Shown piece after piece: positions 45,376 to 55,417 of a stretch of 64,000 bases of DNA. The number at the start of each line of letters is the position of its first letter. Position 1 is the first letter of the stretch. The stretch lies in the NCBI GenBank assembly GCA_963800655.1, contig CAWDBT010000002.1, forward strand, positions 641,964-705,963, written 5' to 3'. Under the pieces are notes generated by a model. It ran no database searches and was not told the DNA's origin. It was given only the letters and a program-made list of their open reading frames with translations. Made by a program: the position numbers and the translations under genes. Origin of the DNA: Parachlamydiales bacterium. GTDB lineage: Bacteria; Chlamydiota; Chlamydiia; Chlamydiales; SM23-39.

Positions 45376-45654
45376 AAATCCGGACGAAATGCCGCAGCGC
45401 GACGAACTCAAATTCAGATTGATCCGATCGAAAACTCTTGCTACATTGCTCAAAGGCGCAATCCATGCTATACTCCGCCTCTTACCCGAATGCAGCAGTT
45501 TTGAGGAGTTGGAGCGAATGCGAGAATTCCCGCTCTCTGCCGGCTTTAAAAAAGCTGGTAGGCGATGCATATCTATTTGAAGTCGCTGGATTTTTGCAAA
45601 CTGGCATCGGGGCGCATGATTCTATAAATAGCAACATGTCACAGATCGGGCTTT

Positions 45655-46992
45655 ATGCTTGAATGCGAAGTAAAAAACGGCTGGCCTCAGTTTCTCGAAT
45701 TCATTCAAACGCGCTGTTCGCGCGCGGAGTTTGAAAATTGGATCGCTCCGATTCGGCTCATCTCTTCGGATTCGGAAGAGATCTCATTGGAAACGCCGAA
45801 TATTTTCGTCCAGGAATATTTGCTCGAAAATTACAAGGAATTGCTCCGCGATTTCGTCCCGATGCGACCAAACGGAGAACTCGCGATCTCATTTTCGATT
45901 TCGGCGGCCCCCAAGCCCCAACCTCCCGCGCAAACCTCCTGCCAAAACGAATCATCCGGCGCCGCGACCAGCCCCTCGCTGAAACTCAATCCCCTTTACC
46001 GATTCGAAACGTTCATCGAAGGAACCTCGAATCAATTCGTCAAATCGGCCTCGATGGGCGTCGCCTCGCGGCCGGGGAAAACTTATAATCCCCTATTCAT
46101 CCACGGCGGCGTCGGCCTTGGGAAAACACATCTTCTGCACGGCATCGGCCACTATGTGCGCGAAAATCATCGAAAACTGAAGATCCAGGCGATCACCACT
46201 GAAGGGTTTATCAACGAGATCGTCGATGGGCTGCGCAATAAATCGATCGATCAGATGAAGCGCTTCTATAGGACATTGGACCTTCTGCTCGTCGACGATA
46301 TCCAATTCCTGCAGAATCGGGGAAATTTCGAGGAAGAATTCTGCAATACGTTCGAAACCCTGATCCATCAAAACAAACAGATTGTGATCACAAGCGATAA
46401 ACCGCCCTCCCAGCTCAAATTATCCGAAAGGATCATCGCCCGGATGGAATGGGGACTCGTCGCGCAGATGGGCGTTCCCGATCTCGAAACCCGCGTCGCG
46501 ATCATCAAACATAAAGCGGAATCGAGAGAGCTTTCTCTTTCGAACGACGTCGCATTTTTTATCGCGGAGCACGTCTGCAATAATATCCGCCAGCTCGAAG
46601 GCGCGATCAACCGCCTTTGCGCCTATGCGCGTTTCCAGGGGACGCAGCTCGACATCGCCTGCGCGGAAAAGATTTTAAACGAGCTGATGCAAAGTTCGCC
46701 TCCAAAGCGCATCTCCGTCGATTCCATTTTGCAAAGTATCGCCTCCGTCTTCCAAGTGAGATTGGGAGACTTGAAAGGAGATTCGCGCCAAAAAGAGATC
46801 GCCCTCGCTAGACAAGCCGCTATGTATCTGGCCAAGGAGATGATCGACGAATCGCTTTCCAAAATCGCATCGTCGTTTGGGGGAAAAACGCATTCGACCC
46901 TCCTCCACTCATGGAAAAAAATCTCCGAAGAAATCCTGGAAAACGATGTTTTGCGCCGCCAGATCCAAATGGCTCGCAAAAGCATCGAATAG
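45655..46992 (+). CDS. dnaA: Chromosomal replication initiator DnaA
   Basis: AAA+ core ([26 protein letters not shown]) and the C-terminal DNA-binding domain ([14 protein letters not shown]...[20 protein letters not shown]). Confidence 0.95.
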   Translation: MLECEVKNGWPQFLEFIQTRCSRAEFENWIAPIRLISSDSEEISLETPNIFVQEYLLENYKELLRDFVPMRPNGELAISFSISAAPKPQPPAQTSCQNESSGAATSPSLKLNPLYRFETFIEGTSNQFVKSASMGVASRPGKTYNPLFIHGGVGLGKTHLLHGIGHYVRENHRKLKIQAITTEGFINEIVDGLRNKSIDQMKRFYRTLDLLLVDDIQFLQNRGNFEEEFCNTFETLIHQNKQIVITSDKPPSQLKLSERIIARMEWGLVAQMGVPDLETRVAIIKHKAESRELSLSNDVAFFIAEHVCNNIRQLEGAINRLCAYARFQGTQLDIACAEKILNELMQSSPPKRISVDSILQSIASVFQVRLGDLKGDSRQKEIALARQAAMYLAKEMIDESLSKIASSFGGKTHSTLLHSWKKISEEILENDVLRRQIQMARKSIE

Positions 46993-47147
46993 GGTTCAGC
47001 TCCTCTCTTTCTATAGGAAAACCCCGCCGCGGATTCACCCGGAAACCCGGCGGGATTTCCCTTTGCGGATATCCTCTTCCAGAAATTTAAATTGCCAAAA
47101 TTTGCAGCCGCGTTTCATAATTTCGTCCGACCTTTATGGAGGTTTTT

Positions 47148-47753
47148 ATGAAAACGAAATTTATGTTCGCAATACTGACCGCAGTTTCCTCTTTTGGATT
47201 TGCATCAGAGCCTCTCGCTACGACTGAACTGCCTCTCGAGGTAAAACAGAGTTTGGTCAACGTGAAATCAGTGCGCAACTGGTTCGGCTACATGAGAATG
47301 GGCCCAAGCTCGAGACCAGTAGGAGACGCTGCAAACGTTCTCCCCGCTCTTGGACTTGGCTGGCGTTATAGCATCGCTTCGAGCGCAATCGACATTTCCG
47401 CTTCTTATACCGGCGTAGATGCATTTGCTTCGAATAAAGAGAGCTATTCCTTTACCCTTCCTCGCGTTTCCTACCTTTATTACTTTTCTCCAGAAAGCAA
47501 AGCTCAAAGCTTCTACATGGGCGCAGGGCTGGCTTACGGCGGATCGAAAACAGATGCTATGGCATTCAATGGCCTCATTCCTAGCCTGTCCGCTGGCTAT
47601 GAAATGAATCGCCATCAAAACTGGCGCAGCTTTATGCAACTGGATGTAAGCCATCCTACATTTGCCACCACCTTGGACAAACCTTTTGTTCACATGGCAA
47701 ATATGAATTTCAGCGCCATTACAGCTGAATTCTCCGTAGGCTTGGGTTATTAA
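47148..47753 (+). CDS. Small outer-membrane beta-barrel protein
   Basis: Signal peptide MKTKFMFAILTAVSSFGFA, alternating amphipathic strands, and a terminal ...FSVGLGY with a C-terminal aromatic residue. Confidence 0.7.
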   Translation: MKTKFMFAILTAVSSFGFASEPLATTELPLEVKQSLVNVKSVRNWFGYMRMGPSSRPVGDAANVLPALGLGWRYSIASSAIDISASYTGVDAFASNKESYSFTLPRVSYLYYFSPESKAQSFYMGAGLAYGGSKTDAMAFNGLIPSLSAGYEMNRHQNWRSFMQLDVSHPTFATTLDKPFVHMANMNFSAITAEFSVGLGY

Positions 47754-47776
47754 TCTTTTCCCAGTTTCATGTTTCA

Positions 47777-47803
47777 GGGGGCAGTTTTTCTGCCCCTTTT
47801 TTA
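47777..47803. terminator. Bidirectional rho-independent terminator between the OMP gene and comF
   Basis: GGGGCAG-TTTTT-CTGCCCC followed by T6. Confidence 0.75.
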
Positions 47804-48496
47804 TTTTCCAAAGATAGAAAATACAAATACTCCCTCGGCAAAGGCATCTTTCATCAAAGAAACCGCCTTTAAAAGATCCTCCTTGGAACTTTCCCAATCG
47901 AGGAGCAATACGGATTTTCCGTTTCCGATTTGATCATCCTTCCAACCGCCTTCCCTGCGACGCACTAACCTCCATTGAAATGGACCGATCCACTTCAGAA
48001 CTAACTCGCGGCTGTATTCGATATCCAGCATCCGCGCTGTTTCCTCTGCGATTACTTCGAGAGTCCGGCTTTTTCCCCAAGATGGAATGATGGCGATTCG
48101 ATCAAAAGAATCCCATTCGAGGCGATCGAGCTGTACGATCAAAAATGAAGCCATCGCACGGCGCAAAGCTTCTTCCGACTCCCTCAGCAAAAGCGCCTGC
48201 ATCTGCGCAGCCGCATAGGTCGGCTCGAACAGATAGGCATAGGGCGATCGAAACGCATCGGAGGAATCGCATCGAGGGCAAAGAGCGGCTTCCCAATCCA
48301 GCGAAGAAAAGCACTTGCGGCAGCGCACTCTGGGATCCGCTGCGATCAGCTGCTCCATGCACATTTCGCAGAGGAGTTTCTCGCAAGGCCTTTTGCACAT
48401 CGGGCAAATCGGAGGGAATACGAGATCAACCGGCGCTCGGCTCAGGAACCCTATTAGTTTTTTGCAGATGGTAAGAGGGTTCTTCCAACGTTCCAT
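47801..48496 (-). CDS. ComF-family (phosphoribosyltransferase-like) protein with N-terminal double zinc ribbon
   Basis: CPMCKRPC..CEMC and RCRKC...CPRC motifs. The C-terminal PRT-like core has a degenerate PRPP loop (VLLLDWESS). The start is uncertain, because the ORF overlaps the end of tamB. Confidence 0.65.
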   Translation of the reverse strand: MERWKNPLTICKKLIGFLSRAPVDLVFPPICPMCKRPCEKLLCEMCMEQLIAADPRVRCRKCFSSLDWEAALCPRCDSSDAFRSPYAYLFEPTYAAAQMQALLLRESEEALRRAMASFLIVQLDRLEWDSFDRIAIIPSWGKSRTLEVIAEETARMLDIEYSRELVLKWIGPFQWRLVRRREGGWKDDQIGNGKSVLLLDWESSKEDLLKAVSLMKDAFAEGVFVFSIFGK

Positions 48497-51400
48497 CGAG
48501 GAACAGAAAAAACGCCTCGGTGATTTTAAACAGGACATATTGTTTCATCTTGATGAGAATCCGTACATTGCCGTCGAGGTCGACCGAAGGCGAAGCGCCT
48601 TCGCGGACGAGAAAGAACTCGGCTCTTTGGCCCTCGCTATAAGTGTCTTTGAGATCTCTGAGCCAAAATCTGCCGTTGTCCAGATTGAATTTGACATTGC
48701 CCTTCACAGGGATCATCAATTCGAGATCCAGCCCGATGATTCCCCCGAAGAGATTGAATGGCAGATCGAAAATCGTATATTCGCGCTTAAATGAATTGAC
48801 AAAGGACAATTCTCCTTCGGCCAGATAAGTCTTTGCATCGTCGGGACAGCCGCGGAAATCGACCAGTTTCAATTCTCGAATCACGAGGGGTTTGATCGAA
48901 GTTTCCTCGGCTCCGATCTTCCTTAAAAGGCTCGGGCGGAATTCCAACAGCTTGCAAAGAGGCATCGAAAGCTTCCATTCCCCCCCTTCGGCTTCATAAA
49001 TCGAAAGGGAATCGATGCGCAAAAGCCCAGCGAAATCGCTTCCTCGAATCTCTGAAATCTTCACGCGAGACGGCTCTGCTTCCACATTCGCAAATAATGT
49101 GCGCAGCCGATAGCCGAAGAATTCCCATTGTTTGCCGAACAGCTGCCCGGAAAAAGAAAAATCGGAGGGGCAATGCGGATCATAGCGAAGTCGGCCTTTG
49201 ATCTCATATCCCGATCCCATCTTGAGCGTTTCGAATGCTTCGCCGACCGCCGAAGGGAGCATTCCCGAAAGCGACTTCAAATCGAGATGAGCCGAACCGA
49301 CCAAACAGACTCCGGCGTTCTCAACTTCCTCTCGAAAAGAGGCTTCGATTCCTCCAAAAGATCCTTCGACCGAATGAATCCTAAATCCACCCTCCGCGGG
49401 CATCTCCCAATCGATCCGGAGCGGAGCCTCTTCATTTGGATCGCTCGCCAAAGACGCCCATCCTTGAGGATGCGGAGAAAACGCAGCTTCGGCCCATAAA
49501 TACAATGGTTTTCCTGCATGGAGCAAAGAACCGGATGCGCTTAAAGAATCCCCATCCCATGCGAGATCGATGTGCTGAAAGCGTCGGATCGATCCATACA
49601 CAGGTGCGAGCGCATCTCGAATCGAACAAGAGAACGAAGAAAAATCAGAGGCGCATTCGAGATCTGCCGCAAATTCGATCCCCTTGGACATATCGATCGC
49701 GCGCAAGCAAGCGATCGCCGCGTGATCCGGAGGCAGTTTTTTTTCGATCTGTTCCAAAGCATCGGGAGCTAAATGCGAGCGCAAATGCTGCAGAGTCCAG
49801 CGGCCGGTTTCAAAATTGAATTGGAGCAATCCGATCCGGCCATAGATCACAGGCCAATTGAGATCGGAGGGATGAATTTCGAAATGGAGCTTGGAAATCG
49901 AGAGCCCTTGCGCATTCGAATAATGGAGATGAAGCCGATCCGGATTCCCGATCAATGCAGTTCCGCATTTTAGTTTGCTGCACTGTAAATCGAGATCCGC
50001 TTCATAGGAAATCCCCATCTCCCATCCGAAGGAAATATACCCATCCCCTTGCGCTTCTCCTTCGAGCAAGGGATATCCGAGATGCTCGGCCATCGGCTGC
50101 AAATCGCATCGAAGCTCCTGCACGTTGAGTTCGCATTTTCCATGGCTCAAATAGCCCGATGCACTGCAATGCAGGCCGCTTTGATGCTTCAGCTCGCAGT
50201 CCTCGATGCGCCAGCGGGAAGGTTCTCTTACGATCTGAAATCTCCCTTTGCAAGGGCCGGCTTGCCAATGCGAAATCGACCACTGCCCTTTTCCATATTC
50301 GAGGCGGCAGGACAAAGGAATGCAGATTCCATCGACAGAGGCCTTTTCGCCTTCGATCTGCAAGGCGAATTTCCGATCTTCGAAAATGTCCAAAGACACG
50401 CGAGCGCTCCCCTCGATCGCGCGCTGGAATAAAAAACCGCCCTCGGATTCATTGGACAATAGGCCCTGGACGAGGGATTGGACAGTGTTCAGAGGAATGG
50501 ATGAATGAGCTTCGATCCTCGCTTCCGGAAAAATCCTGCATTGTTTGAGCTCAATGCTCGAGCCGAGGCAATGGCTTCTCTTTGGATCCAATTCGACGGC
50601 GATGCTTCCATCTTTGAAGCGGCCGATGCCTGCCACTCGAATCAAATCCAGAGCGCGCCTCTCTACGCTCAGATCGAAGATCCACTCTTCTTTGCATTTT
50701 TTCAGCTTCGATCCGCGAAGGGCTATTCCTCCTTCGACAGCCCCAAGGCGCCCATATAATCCGATACATGAGACAAGCCCCTCTTTCGAATCGGCGGAAA
50801 TATGGGCTCGCCCTTGGGACAACTCCCCCCATTCGATTTCCGCAAAGCTGCCCGAAAACCGCCAGTCCCATCCGGATGGATCCGCTTTTAGATCTCCGAA
50901 AATTTCAATTCCCTGCTGATCGGCGCATACCACGCCCTCGACGCCATGGATTCCAAAGAGATCTGAAATGAGGGGGCCGATCGGCCCCTCCGCCTTGTCG
51001 GCCGCGAATGAAAACCCCCTCTGTCCGGATAACTCGCATGCGCCGACTCCTGAGAATATTACGTCCTCGAAATGCCCTTCTTCGATTGAAAAATGCAAAG
51101 CCCCGCCGCAAACTTCAAAAGATCCTAAAAACCGCAATTCCCGGTTCGGGATGTTGCAGCAGCCAGAGCAATCCTCGGCCGTTCCTCCCCACGTTCGATC
51201 CGTTGGATCCCAGTACAGCGAAATCCCAGGGGAAAAAGGTTCGACAGAACCGAGATTCGGCACGCGGACTTTGCATTGGGATGACTGCCAGGCGAGTCCT
51301 GCTCCAGAGGCATCTAGCCGCCAGATCCCATCGGCCAATTGAATGACTCCATCGCAGAACCCAGCGCTTTCCGCCCCGAGCGCGCCGTTTAAAATCGCAA

Positions 51401-53021
51401 GAGGAAATCTTCGAATCGAGCCCGTCGCCGACCCGATCTTCCATCCTCCATTTTCACATGCGATGCTGAAAGAGAGATCGATCGATGCAGCCTCTTGAGC
51501 CGGGGCGCCGCCGCGGATCTTCCCTTCGATTTGGCATCGATCGAAAGAACCCGAGCATGCGACTGCGAAGGAAAAATCATTCAGCCTGCCATTTGCCTCT
51601 CCGCGACCGATTCTCCCTTCGTCGACCTCAAACGATAGTTCCGCTCCATCGATTCGCTCCGCGCCATAAGAGGCTTTCAACCCCGTTGCGCTGATCTTGG
51701 CTTGGCACTCTTCAAGGCGATTTCTCGTCCCATCCGCTGAAGCAATCACATTCTCGCAGGACAATTCCCACTCTCGCCCTTGGAGAGAAAGCTCTTCGAT
51801 AGCCAAGCGCTCGATATTCCATTTTTCCAAGGTTTGACGCCGCTCTTCCCAAGAAAGGAGACCCGATATGCGCCCGCGCTCCATGCTTACTGAATTCCAA
51901 TCGGGGAAAAAATACTGAACTAACTGCCAGCATGTACTGTCTACATTGTCCAATTCGAGAGACCATTTCCGGTTGGGCAATCCCTCCTCCGATATGCCGA
52001 GCGCCAGTTTGGATTGCCCGAATTGCGAAACGGTTTGCAATCCCCGCACCCTGCCGCGCTCGATCCCCCCCGCTCCCCTTGAGAAAAAGTTTGCGCCTGA
52101 AACATCCCATTCGAGTTTCCCGTGCCGGATGCAATCGAATAAATCGGCTTCTCCGATGAGGTCTTCCTGCTGCAGAAGATGCCCTTCCAATGCGATTGAT
52201 CCAAAAAGATCGCCCAGTTCGAATCTCCCCTTTTGAATCAGGCCGTTTTCCAAGCGAATTCGACAGCGATCGAAGAGCCACCCATCGCCGAAAGGGCTGC
52301 AATCCGCTTGCACTTGCGCCAGCTGGCTTTCTGCTCGAATCCCCAGCGAATCGGAAACCCAGCGAAGCGCTTCGAGCTGGATATTTGAGGAAACAGCGGG
52401 AATTCCGCTTGGCCCGAATTCGAAATCGATCGATCCGGTCAGCTTTCCCTTGCATTCCGCTTCGGCCAATCGATCCATAAATGAGGACAGATCCCATCGA
52501 TCAAAGCGGCAGGAAATTCGGTTTTTCTCCCCTTCTTCAATCGACCTGGCGACAAAAGTCCCGCCTTTTCTCTCTACGCATAGACCTTCTTTTGGCCCGA
52601 TGGAAAATTTTCCGTAAATCGGATCTTTGCCGCCGAGCTTCCATTCGAATGTTCCCTCTATCGCTTTGACCGCCATCTTGCAGCCGGATCCATTCATGAA
52701 AGATGTTTCTAGCGGATTTATCTTTCCCAGCAATGCGACGTGGGGGCGGAACAACTCGAATTCAAATCCCTTCCGCTTCCAGCAAAATCCGATTCCCACT
52801 CGCTCGGACCGCACATGAAAGGAAAAGGGCTTGGAACCTCGATCGAACAGCACGGCATCTTCCAAGGAGATCTTTCCCTTTCGAAATTCCACATGCGCGC
52901 AAGCCATCTGGCAGCCGAGCCAACAACGCACGGCGATTTTCAACGCAGTCTCGAGGAGGAGATGCCTTGAAAAAATGCACAGCAAAATGAGAACGCTGAT
53001 GATGACGATCCGCCGCCGCAA
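48426..53021 (-). CDS. TamB/AsmA-like translocation-and-assembly module protein (1531 aa)
   Basis: Single N-terminal TM (RRRIVIISVLILLCIF) and a very long beta-rich body. The C-terminal segment is DUF490-like (VKGNVKFNLDNGRFWLRDL...ILIKMKQ). Confidence 0.7.
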   Translation of the reverse strand: MRRRIVIISVLILLCIFSRHLLLETALKIAVRCWLGCQMACAHVEFRKGKISLEDAVLFDRGSKPFSFHVRSERVGIGFCWKRKGFEFELFRPHVALLGKINPLETSFMNGSGCKMAVKAIEGTFEWKLGGKDPIYGKFSIGPKEGLCVERKGGTFVARSIEEGEKNRISCRFDRWDLSSFMDRLAEAECKGKLTGSIDFEFGPSGIPAVSSNIQLEALRWVSDSLGIRAESQLAQVQADCSPFGDGWLFDRCRIRLENGLIQKGRFELGDLFGSIALEGHLLQQEDLIGEADLFDCIRHGKLEWDVSGANFFSRGAGGIERGRVRGLQTVSQFGQSKLALGISEEGLPNRKWSLELDNVDSTCWQLVQYFFPDWNSVSMERGRISGLLSWEERRQTLEKWNIERLAIEELSLQGREWELSCENVIASADGTRNRLEECQAKISATGLKASYGAERIDGAELSFEVDEGRIGRGEANGRLNDFSFAVACSGSFDRCQIEGKIRGGAPAQEAASIDLSFSIACENGGWKIGSATGSIRRFPLAILNGALGAESAGFCDGVIQLADGIWRLDASGAGLAWQSSQCKVRVPNLGSVEPFSPGISLYWDPTDRTWGGTAEDCSGCCNIPNRELRFLGSFEVCGGALHFSIEEGHFEDVIFSGVGACELSGQRGFSFAADKAEGPIGPLISDLFGIHGVEGVVCADQQGIEIFGDLKADPSGWDWRFSGSFAEIEWGELSQGRAHISADSKEGLVSCIGLYGRLGAVEGGIALRGSKLKKCKEEWIFDLSVERRALDLIRVAGIGRFKDGSIAVELDPKRSHCLGSSIELKQCRIFPEARIEAHSSIPLNTVQSLVQGLLSNESEGGFLFQRAIEGSARVSLDIFEDRKFALQIEGEKASVDGICIPLSCRLEYGKGQWSISHWQAGPCKGRFQIVREPSRWRIEDCELKHQSGLHCSASGYLSHGKCELNVQELRCDLQPMAEHLGYPLLEGEAQGDGYISFGWEMGISYEADLDLQCSKLKCGTALIGNPDRLHLHYSNAQGLSISKLHFEIHPSDLNWPVIYGRIGLLQFNFETGRWTLQHLRSHLAPDALEQIEKKLPPDHAAIACLRAIDMSKGIEFAADLECASDFSSFSCSIRDALAPVYGSIRRFQHIDLAWDGDSLSASGSLLHAGKPLYLWAEAAFSPHPQGWASLASDPNEEAPLRIDWEMPAEGGFRIHSVEGSFGGIEASFREEVENAGVCLVGSAHLDLKSLSGMLPSAVGEAFETLKMGSGYEIKGRLRYDPHCPSDFSFSGQLFGKQWEFFGYRLRTLFANVEAEPSRVKISEIRGSDFAGLLRIDSLSIYEAEGGEWKLSMPLCKLLEFRPSLLRKIGAEETSIKPLVIRELKLVDFRGCPDDAKTYLAEGELSFVNSFKREYTIFDLPFNLFGGIIGLDLELMIPVKGNVKFNLDNGRFWLRDLKDTYSEGQRAEFFLVREGASPSVDLDGNVRILIKMKQYVLFKITEAFFLFLDGTLEEPSYHLQKTNRVPEPSAG

Positions 53022-53103
53022 ATAAGACTCCGAGTCTATTTATTATGAACCTATCCGACGAACGCGATGAGAAGGATAGGTTTTCACACCCCAATACCGA
53101 TCA

Positions 53104-53126
53104 AAGAGGGCGTCTACAAAATAAGG
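53104..53126 (+). repeat. PAL-A repeat, half copy
   Basis: AAGAGGGCGTCTACAAAATAAGG. Confidence 0.6.
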
Positions 53127-53319
53127 CCTCTTGCAAAATTCGAATGTCGCAAGGGCTTCAACACATTTTTCAAATGATACAGAGAGCGGGAAAATCTTTC
53201 GAGAACTCGAATGCACATGCGGGATCACGCATTGCAATCGCACGCGTCCATAAATCTCAAGGATCAGGCAAAAGTCCTATTGCAAAGCCACAGCGAGTAA
53301 TTTGTCGCTTATTTTTCTA

Positions 53320-53362
53320 GCGGTTTATACCGAAACTACTTCAAGAATCGGTTTCGGTATAG
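53320..53362 (+). repeat. PAL-B repeat, short form
   Basis: GCGGTTTATACCGAAACTACTTCAAGAATCGGTTTCGGTATA. The left arm is shared with the copy at 55185, and it folds as a 10-bp hairpin. Confidence 0.8.
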
Positions 53363-53399
53363 TAATCTCGTGCATCTCGCTGCTGAACAGGAGATCCAT

Positions 53400-53804
53400 A
53401 TGAAGTTAGGCTTTATTATCGCCTACGTCAAAGACGTAAAGGCAACACAACGATTTTATCAAGAAGCGTTCGGGCTAAAAATTCGCTTTGAAGATCCGGA
53501 TGGCGATCTCTACGGGGAAATGGAAACGGGCAGTACCGTATTGGCTTTTTTAAAGGAAGACTACATGAAAGTCGCCTTTGAAAAAATGAAAAATCCGCCG
53601 CGTGCGATTGCCGCTCAATCAGGCGCCACAGAGATCGGTTTTCTCATCGAAGATGTGCCCGCCGCTTATGCGCGCGCAATAAAGGCGGGGGCGACGCAGG
53701 AACTCCCTCCGATCGAACTGCCTTGGGGGCAAATCGTCGGCTATGTACGCGATTTGAACGGGATCTTGGTCTCGATCGGAAGCCCGTGGAGTTCTCAGCA
53801 ATAA
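53400..53804 (+). CDS. VOC-family (glyoxalase/bleomycin-resistance/dioxygenase) protein
   Basis: MKLGFIIAYVKDVKATQRFYQEAFGL... shows the paired beta-alpha-beta-beta-beta pattern, and the protein is 134 aa. Confidence 0.8.
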   Translation: MKLGFIIAYVKDVKATQRFYQEAFGLKIRFEDPDGDLYGEMETGSTVLAFLKEDYMKVAFEKMKNPPRAIAAQSGATEIGFLIEDVPAAYARAIKAGATQELPPIELPWGQIVGYVRDLNGILVSIGSPWSSQQ

Positions 53805-53961
53805 CCGCCCCCTTCTTCTAAAGCTCACCCGCTCCCAATTCCGCTTCGCGCTGTCCAAAAAACAATCAATTAAATTTTAAACTTAACATTGACTTTAAAA
53901 ACTTGATTTAAAACAAAGAACTTGATAAAATTAATACCAGATTAGTAATAATAAGGAATTT

Positions 53962-55176
53962 ATGACAATTAACAATATTATTTCCAAATCCGAAGGACAA
54001 TTACCTTCGTCGCAATCCGAATCCCCGACGTCCCGCTGCTTGATCCCTATTCTTCGCAGCGCGAATGTTTTTTCATCGATCGATCCGACCCGCACTCATG
54101 TCGGCATCGGAAATTCCGGGTATGCTCTTCAGAACGGACGGATAAAAAAATTCGCCGTCCCCCAAACAAAACTGCAAAAGACGGTTCATGGAGTTTTTTT
54201 TCATTGCAAAACGCCCTCCGGAACAAAGAACCCCAAAGGCGCCGACAACGTCTGCAAAAAAGCAATCCGCTTGGGAAATAACGAACTCTGTGCAAGGCTT
54301 GTCTGTCCGCTCAACACCCTCTATAAAAACGAACAGCGCAGAGCTTTGAAGTTAAAATCATGGCGCATCCTCAATAGCCTCCGCGGCACTCCGGGAATCG
54401 TCGAGCATTATGCGGAAGCGACCCGCAAAAACAAACGCGGCTTCGACCAGCTCATCAGCTATCAAAAACTCTATGACGGCGATCTATATTCGTTGGAAGA
54501 AGGCGCCTTCGACAAACCCGTCGATGAACGCGTTTGCGAACGCATGGCCGGGCAACTCCTCGAAGGTTTGGTCGCGATGCATGCAAAAGGCATCTATCAC
54601 CGCGACTTAAAACTGGACAACATCCTGGTGGACAAAGCCCGCGAGCAGCTTGCGATCGCAGATTTGGATTTCGCCTGCGAATGGGGTGTCGACACCGCTG
54701 AGGAATTGAATAAACCGTGCGGAACTCCGTATGCCCTCTCTCCGGAACGAGCCAAAATGTGTCAGATTTCGCCGGATCGAAGACCCGCCTTCACCCAAGA
54801 AGACCTGGAAAAAAACGACGTTTGGGGGATGGGAATCGTCCTCTATAGCCTGTATCACCCGCTTCAACTGCCCCCGGCTCTGGGACACCTAAGCAATCTG
54901 CGCCCAAGAGAGCAACTCCGCGCTGCTGCGACAGTGGATGAGTTTGCCAAGTCGAAAGCGAGCCGAGCAGCCGCTTTGTCGACTACGGAAGAAGAAAAAG
55001 CTCTCGCATTCGCGATGGCGGAAACCGCCGCCTATGTCCCTCCGGGTTCTTCGAACACGAATCGGATCTTCGGGGTCATTTCCAAGATGCTGCGATTCGA
55101 CCCGCGCCAAAGGATTTCCGCTAGAGAAGCGCTGCAGGAACTCCGACAGGTCATCGCGCAAACGCCGGCGATCTAA
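53962..55176 (+). CDS. Eukaryote-like Ser/Thr protein kinase; effector candidate
   Basis: Hanks motifs: GIGNSGYA (G-loop), VCKKAI (Lys), HRDLKLDNILV (catalytic loop), DLDFA (DFG-like), GTPYALSPE (APE-like), DVWGMGIVLY, and MLRFDPRQRISAREAL (subdomain XI). There is no signal peptide, and the N-terminus is Ser/Pro-rich. Confidence 0.85.
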   Translation: MTINNIISKSEGQLPSSQSESPTSRCLIPILRSANVFSSIDPTRTHVGIGNSGYALQNGRIKKFAVPQTKLQKTVHGVFFHCKTPSGTKNPKGADNVCKKAIRLGNNELCARLVCPLNTLYKNEQRRALKLKSWRILNSLRGTPGIVEHYAEATRKNKRGFDQLISYQKLYDGDLYSLEEGAFDKPVDERVCERMAGQLLEGLVAMHAKGIYHRDLKLDNILVDKAREQLAIADLDFACEWGVDTAEELNKPCGTPYALSPERAKMCQISPDRRPAFTQEDLEKNDVWGMGIVLYSLYHPLQLPPALGHLSNLRPREQLRAAATVDEFAKSKASRAAALSTTEEEKALAFAMAETAAYVPPGSSNTNRIFGVISKMLRFDPRQRISAREALQELRQVIAQTPAI

Positions 55177-55184
55177 AAAATCCG

Positions 55185-55262
55185 GCGCCTTTATACCGAA
55201 ACTGTTTCAAGAATCGGTTTCCGTCAACGCAACAACCGGTTCTTGAAACAGTTTCGGTATTT
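55185..55262. repeat. PAL-B repeat, full hairpin copy
   Basis: GCGCCTTTATACCGAAACTGTTTCAAGAATCGGTT...AACCGGTTCTTGAAACAGTTTCGGTAT. The arms are about 27 nt and nearly perfect. Confidence 0.88.
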
Positions 55263-55417
55263 AAAGCCGCGGAGCTGTTTGCAAAACCGTTTCTTCCCGC
55301 GCTTCAGGAAGATCCCTATTGTAACATTTCCCTAAACCCAGTATGGAAACCCTTAGAGACTGCTCGCGGGTTTTCGCGAGGATTCTCTTAGAGGGCCTCG
55401 GCGGCTTTGGGATACTC

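Noticed and set aside
45275-45654. dnaA upstream region as oriC.
   Set aside because: Reading both strands, I found no cluster of TTATCCACA-like boxes and no obvious AT-rich unwinding element. The only notable structure is the PAL-A-type palindrome. The nearest DnaA-box-like repeats are 1.4 kb away at 44201.
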